From contig NZ_OZ253579.1 in assembly GCF_965263005.1 (NCBI RefSeq), positions 1,731,668 through 1,795,667 of the forward strand: a stretch of DNA of 64,000 nt, given 5' to 3'. Below, piece after piece: positions 62,678-64,000 of the stretch. The stretch's first letter is position 1, and each line of letters begins with the position of its first letter. The notes under the pieces are model-generated. The model made no database searches. It had not been told where the DNA came from and was given only the letters and a program-made list of their open reading frames with translations. Source of the stretch: Candidatus Rariloculus sp. (GTDB taxonomy: Bacteria; Pseudomonadota; Gammaproteobacteria; Steroidobacterales; Rariloculaceae). The position numbers were made by a program, and so were the translations under genes.

Positions 62678-63790
62678 ATGAACTTAAAGAGATGGAATCG
62701 TTTGATTGTCGCGTCGTGGGTGAGTCTCGCCGTAGCCTTGAGTCTGGCGGCGCAACCCGCATCCGCGCAGTCGCAGCGAGGGCGCACGACAGCGGAGTGC
62801 GTTTCGCTTGCCGAGCAGTATCCCGATCTCGGCACGACGCAGAGCGTGTCGGCGAACCGGGAGTTCACGACGGTCTGGGGCTCGTTTGAACTACCGGGCG
62901 GGCCTTGCGGCTATGCATCGGCCGAGGAGCATTACAGCGTGCTGCTCGAGGGCGCGAAGAGCCGCGGCGGCCCGACGGAGCACACGATCGCGAGCCTGCC
63001 CGACTGGAGCGGGCACTGGGGCACTGAGAACGGAACGGGCGAGCTTGCGATCGTCGGCCGGCACTCGACGCCCGAAGGCATGGCGGTGCGGCTTACGCCC
63101 GACGCACGCGAGGTCTTTATGCACGACTACCGCATGTGGCGCGAGGACCACGCCATCGACCCGATCTCGTTTTGCCTGCCGCCGAACTTTCCGCGCTGGT
63201 TCACGGAGTACGGCTTCAGGGAGCAGTTTCTGGCGCCCGACAAGACCGTGCTCGGCAGCGAGATGGTTAACCAGTTCAGGCGCGTATTCACCGACGGGCG
63301 GCCGCATCCGTCCGACGAATGGCTCACGAACGAATGGCTCGGCTACTCGATCGGCTTCTGGGATGAGGACGTGCTGACGATCTGGACCAAGGGCATCAAG
63401 GAAGGCGTTCTGCAGCGCAACATGCCTCGCCAGACGAACCAGATGGAAGTCATCGAGCGCTGGCGCAGGGTCGATCCCGTCGCGGCCGGTGTCGATATCA
63501 CGCCGGACACGTTGGGCTCAGGGTACATTCCCAACGAACGCCTGGAAATCGAGGTCACGATGTACGACCCGACCTTCGTCGAGCCGTGGCATACCGTCGT
63601 TGCGTATTACAAGGAAGACGACCGCACTGCGGAGGCGAAGGAGCGGATCTGGCCGCACCAATGGGACTGCGTCGAGGGTTCGCAGTGGTTCATCACCGAT
63701 GAAGGCATCGTCAGTCAGTACGCACCGGGCGAGAAGCCTGACGTTACGAACCCCGATTTCTGGTTCGACGAGGAATACGTGCATCAGTAG
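62678..63790 (+). CDS. secreted two-Cys module protein, divergent (family member P7)
   Basis: 370-aa ORF with signal peptide. SFCLPPNFPR...FRRVFTDGRPH...GYSIGFWDEDVLTIWTKG...QMEVIERWRRVD...QWDCVEG. Confidence 0.7.
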   Translation: MNLKRWNRLIVASWVSLAVALSLAAQPASAQSQRGRTTAECVSLAEQYPDLGTTQSVSANREFTTVWGSFELPGGPCGYASAEEHYSVLLEGAKSRGGPTEHTIASLPDWSGHWGTENGTGELAIVGRHSTPEGMAVRLTPDAREVFMHDYRMWREDHAIDPISFCLPPNFPRWFTEYGFREQFLAPDKTVLGSEMVNQFRRVFTDGRPHPSDEWLTNEWLGYSIGFWDEDVLTIWTKGIKEGVLQRNMPRQTNQMEVIERWRRVDPVAAGVDITPDTLGSGYIPNERLEIEVTMYDPTFVEPWHTVVAYYKEDDRTAEAKERIWPHQWDCVEGSQWFITDEGIVSQYAPGEKPDVTNPDFWFDEEYVHQ

Positions 63791-63799
63791 GCGCCAATG

Positions 63800-64000
63800 A
63801 CAAGGCCGCTCACGGGGGCCGTTCTGCTTGCCGGCTTCTTTTTCGGCGATGCTGAGCACCCCCTCGACGGTCTGGCGCACGTGTCTGCCGTTGGCGTTGC
63901 CGACATTGACAGCGATAGTGGCTTGCGGGCCGCGAATCATGGCGCTCCCGACGGTGGCGAAGATCTGCGTCGATTGGCCAGACTCGTGCTGCGCCGACAA
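63800..64000 (-). CDS. partial gene of unknown function (continues beyond window end)
   Basis: Minus frame from 64000 reads LSAQHESGQSTQIFATVGSAMIRGPQATIAVNVGNANGRHVRQTVEGVLSIAEKEAGKQNGP. By eye its GC3 is much higher than the competing plus-strand frame. The frame has no stop before 63518, so the 3' end is unresolved (possibly truncated or frameshifted). Confidence 0.3.

Noticed and set aside
63518-64000. 160-aa minus-strand ORF taken as an intact gene.
   Set aside because: Its last ~90 codons overlap the well-supported family gene 62678-63790 on the other strand. Only the part outside that gene (63800-64000) looks coding. The 3' end is unresolved.

Overview
High-GC (~65%) proteobacterial chromosome segment. 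Gene order looks gammaproteobacterial: metG<>apbC-dcd, purM<>DUF2066-hda, pepA-holC-valS<>lptF-lptG. From 1 to ~26.3 kb it is mostly conserved housekeeping genes: metG, apbC, dcd, recD2-like, purM, hda, proS, pssA, udg, rimI, prfC, valS, holC, pepA, lptFG. From ~26.3 kb to the end it is accessory and patchy. It holds one tRNA-Pro(CGG), lower-GC blocks, IS remnants and many truncated, frameshifted or chimeric gene fragments. It also holds intact genes for secreted proteins, a TonB-dependent receptor, MBL hydrolases, a DUF1552/DUF1592-type pair, a periplasmic ankyrin protein, hflKC, a PepSY-TM protein and an MFS transporter. Main hunting results follow. (1) A seven-member family of secreted proteins shares a 'GxWxGDTLV' two-Cys module. 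Five members are fused to, or sit directly downstream of, a small module whose mature N-terminus is predicted to be His-His. This fused-versus-split (Rosetta-stone) pattern points to an uncharacterised two-part periplasmic system, possibly metal-binding. One locus combines it with a TonB receptor, a Tat-exported HD protein and a LysR regulator with two HTH domains. (2) A ~161-bp structured element with terminal inverted repeats (MITE/Correia-like) occurs in four full copies plus one internally deleted copy. Two copies appear to supply the start codons of downstream genes. (3) An 88-bp tandem repeat lies between proS and pssA. (4) A co-directional array runs family member / Tat-MBL / di-CxxCH protein / DUF1552 / ankyrin / AlkB-like. 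(5) There is an MBL-HpcH-like fusion. (6) Several small palindromes and direct repeats lie in low-GC spacers. Family names, including DUF numbers, are recalled from motif patterns and not from searches. All need HMM/BLAST confirmation.
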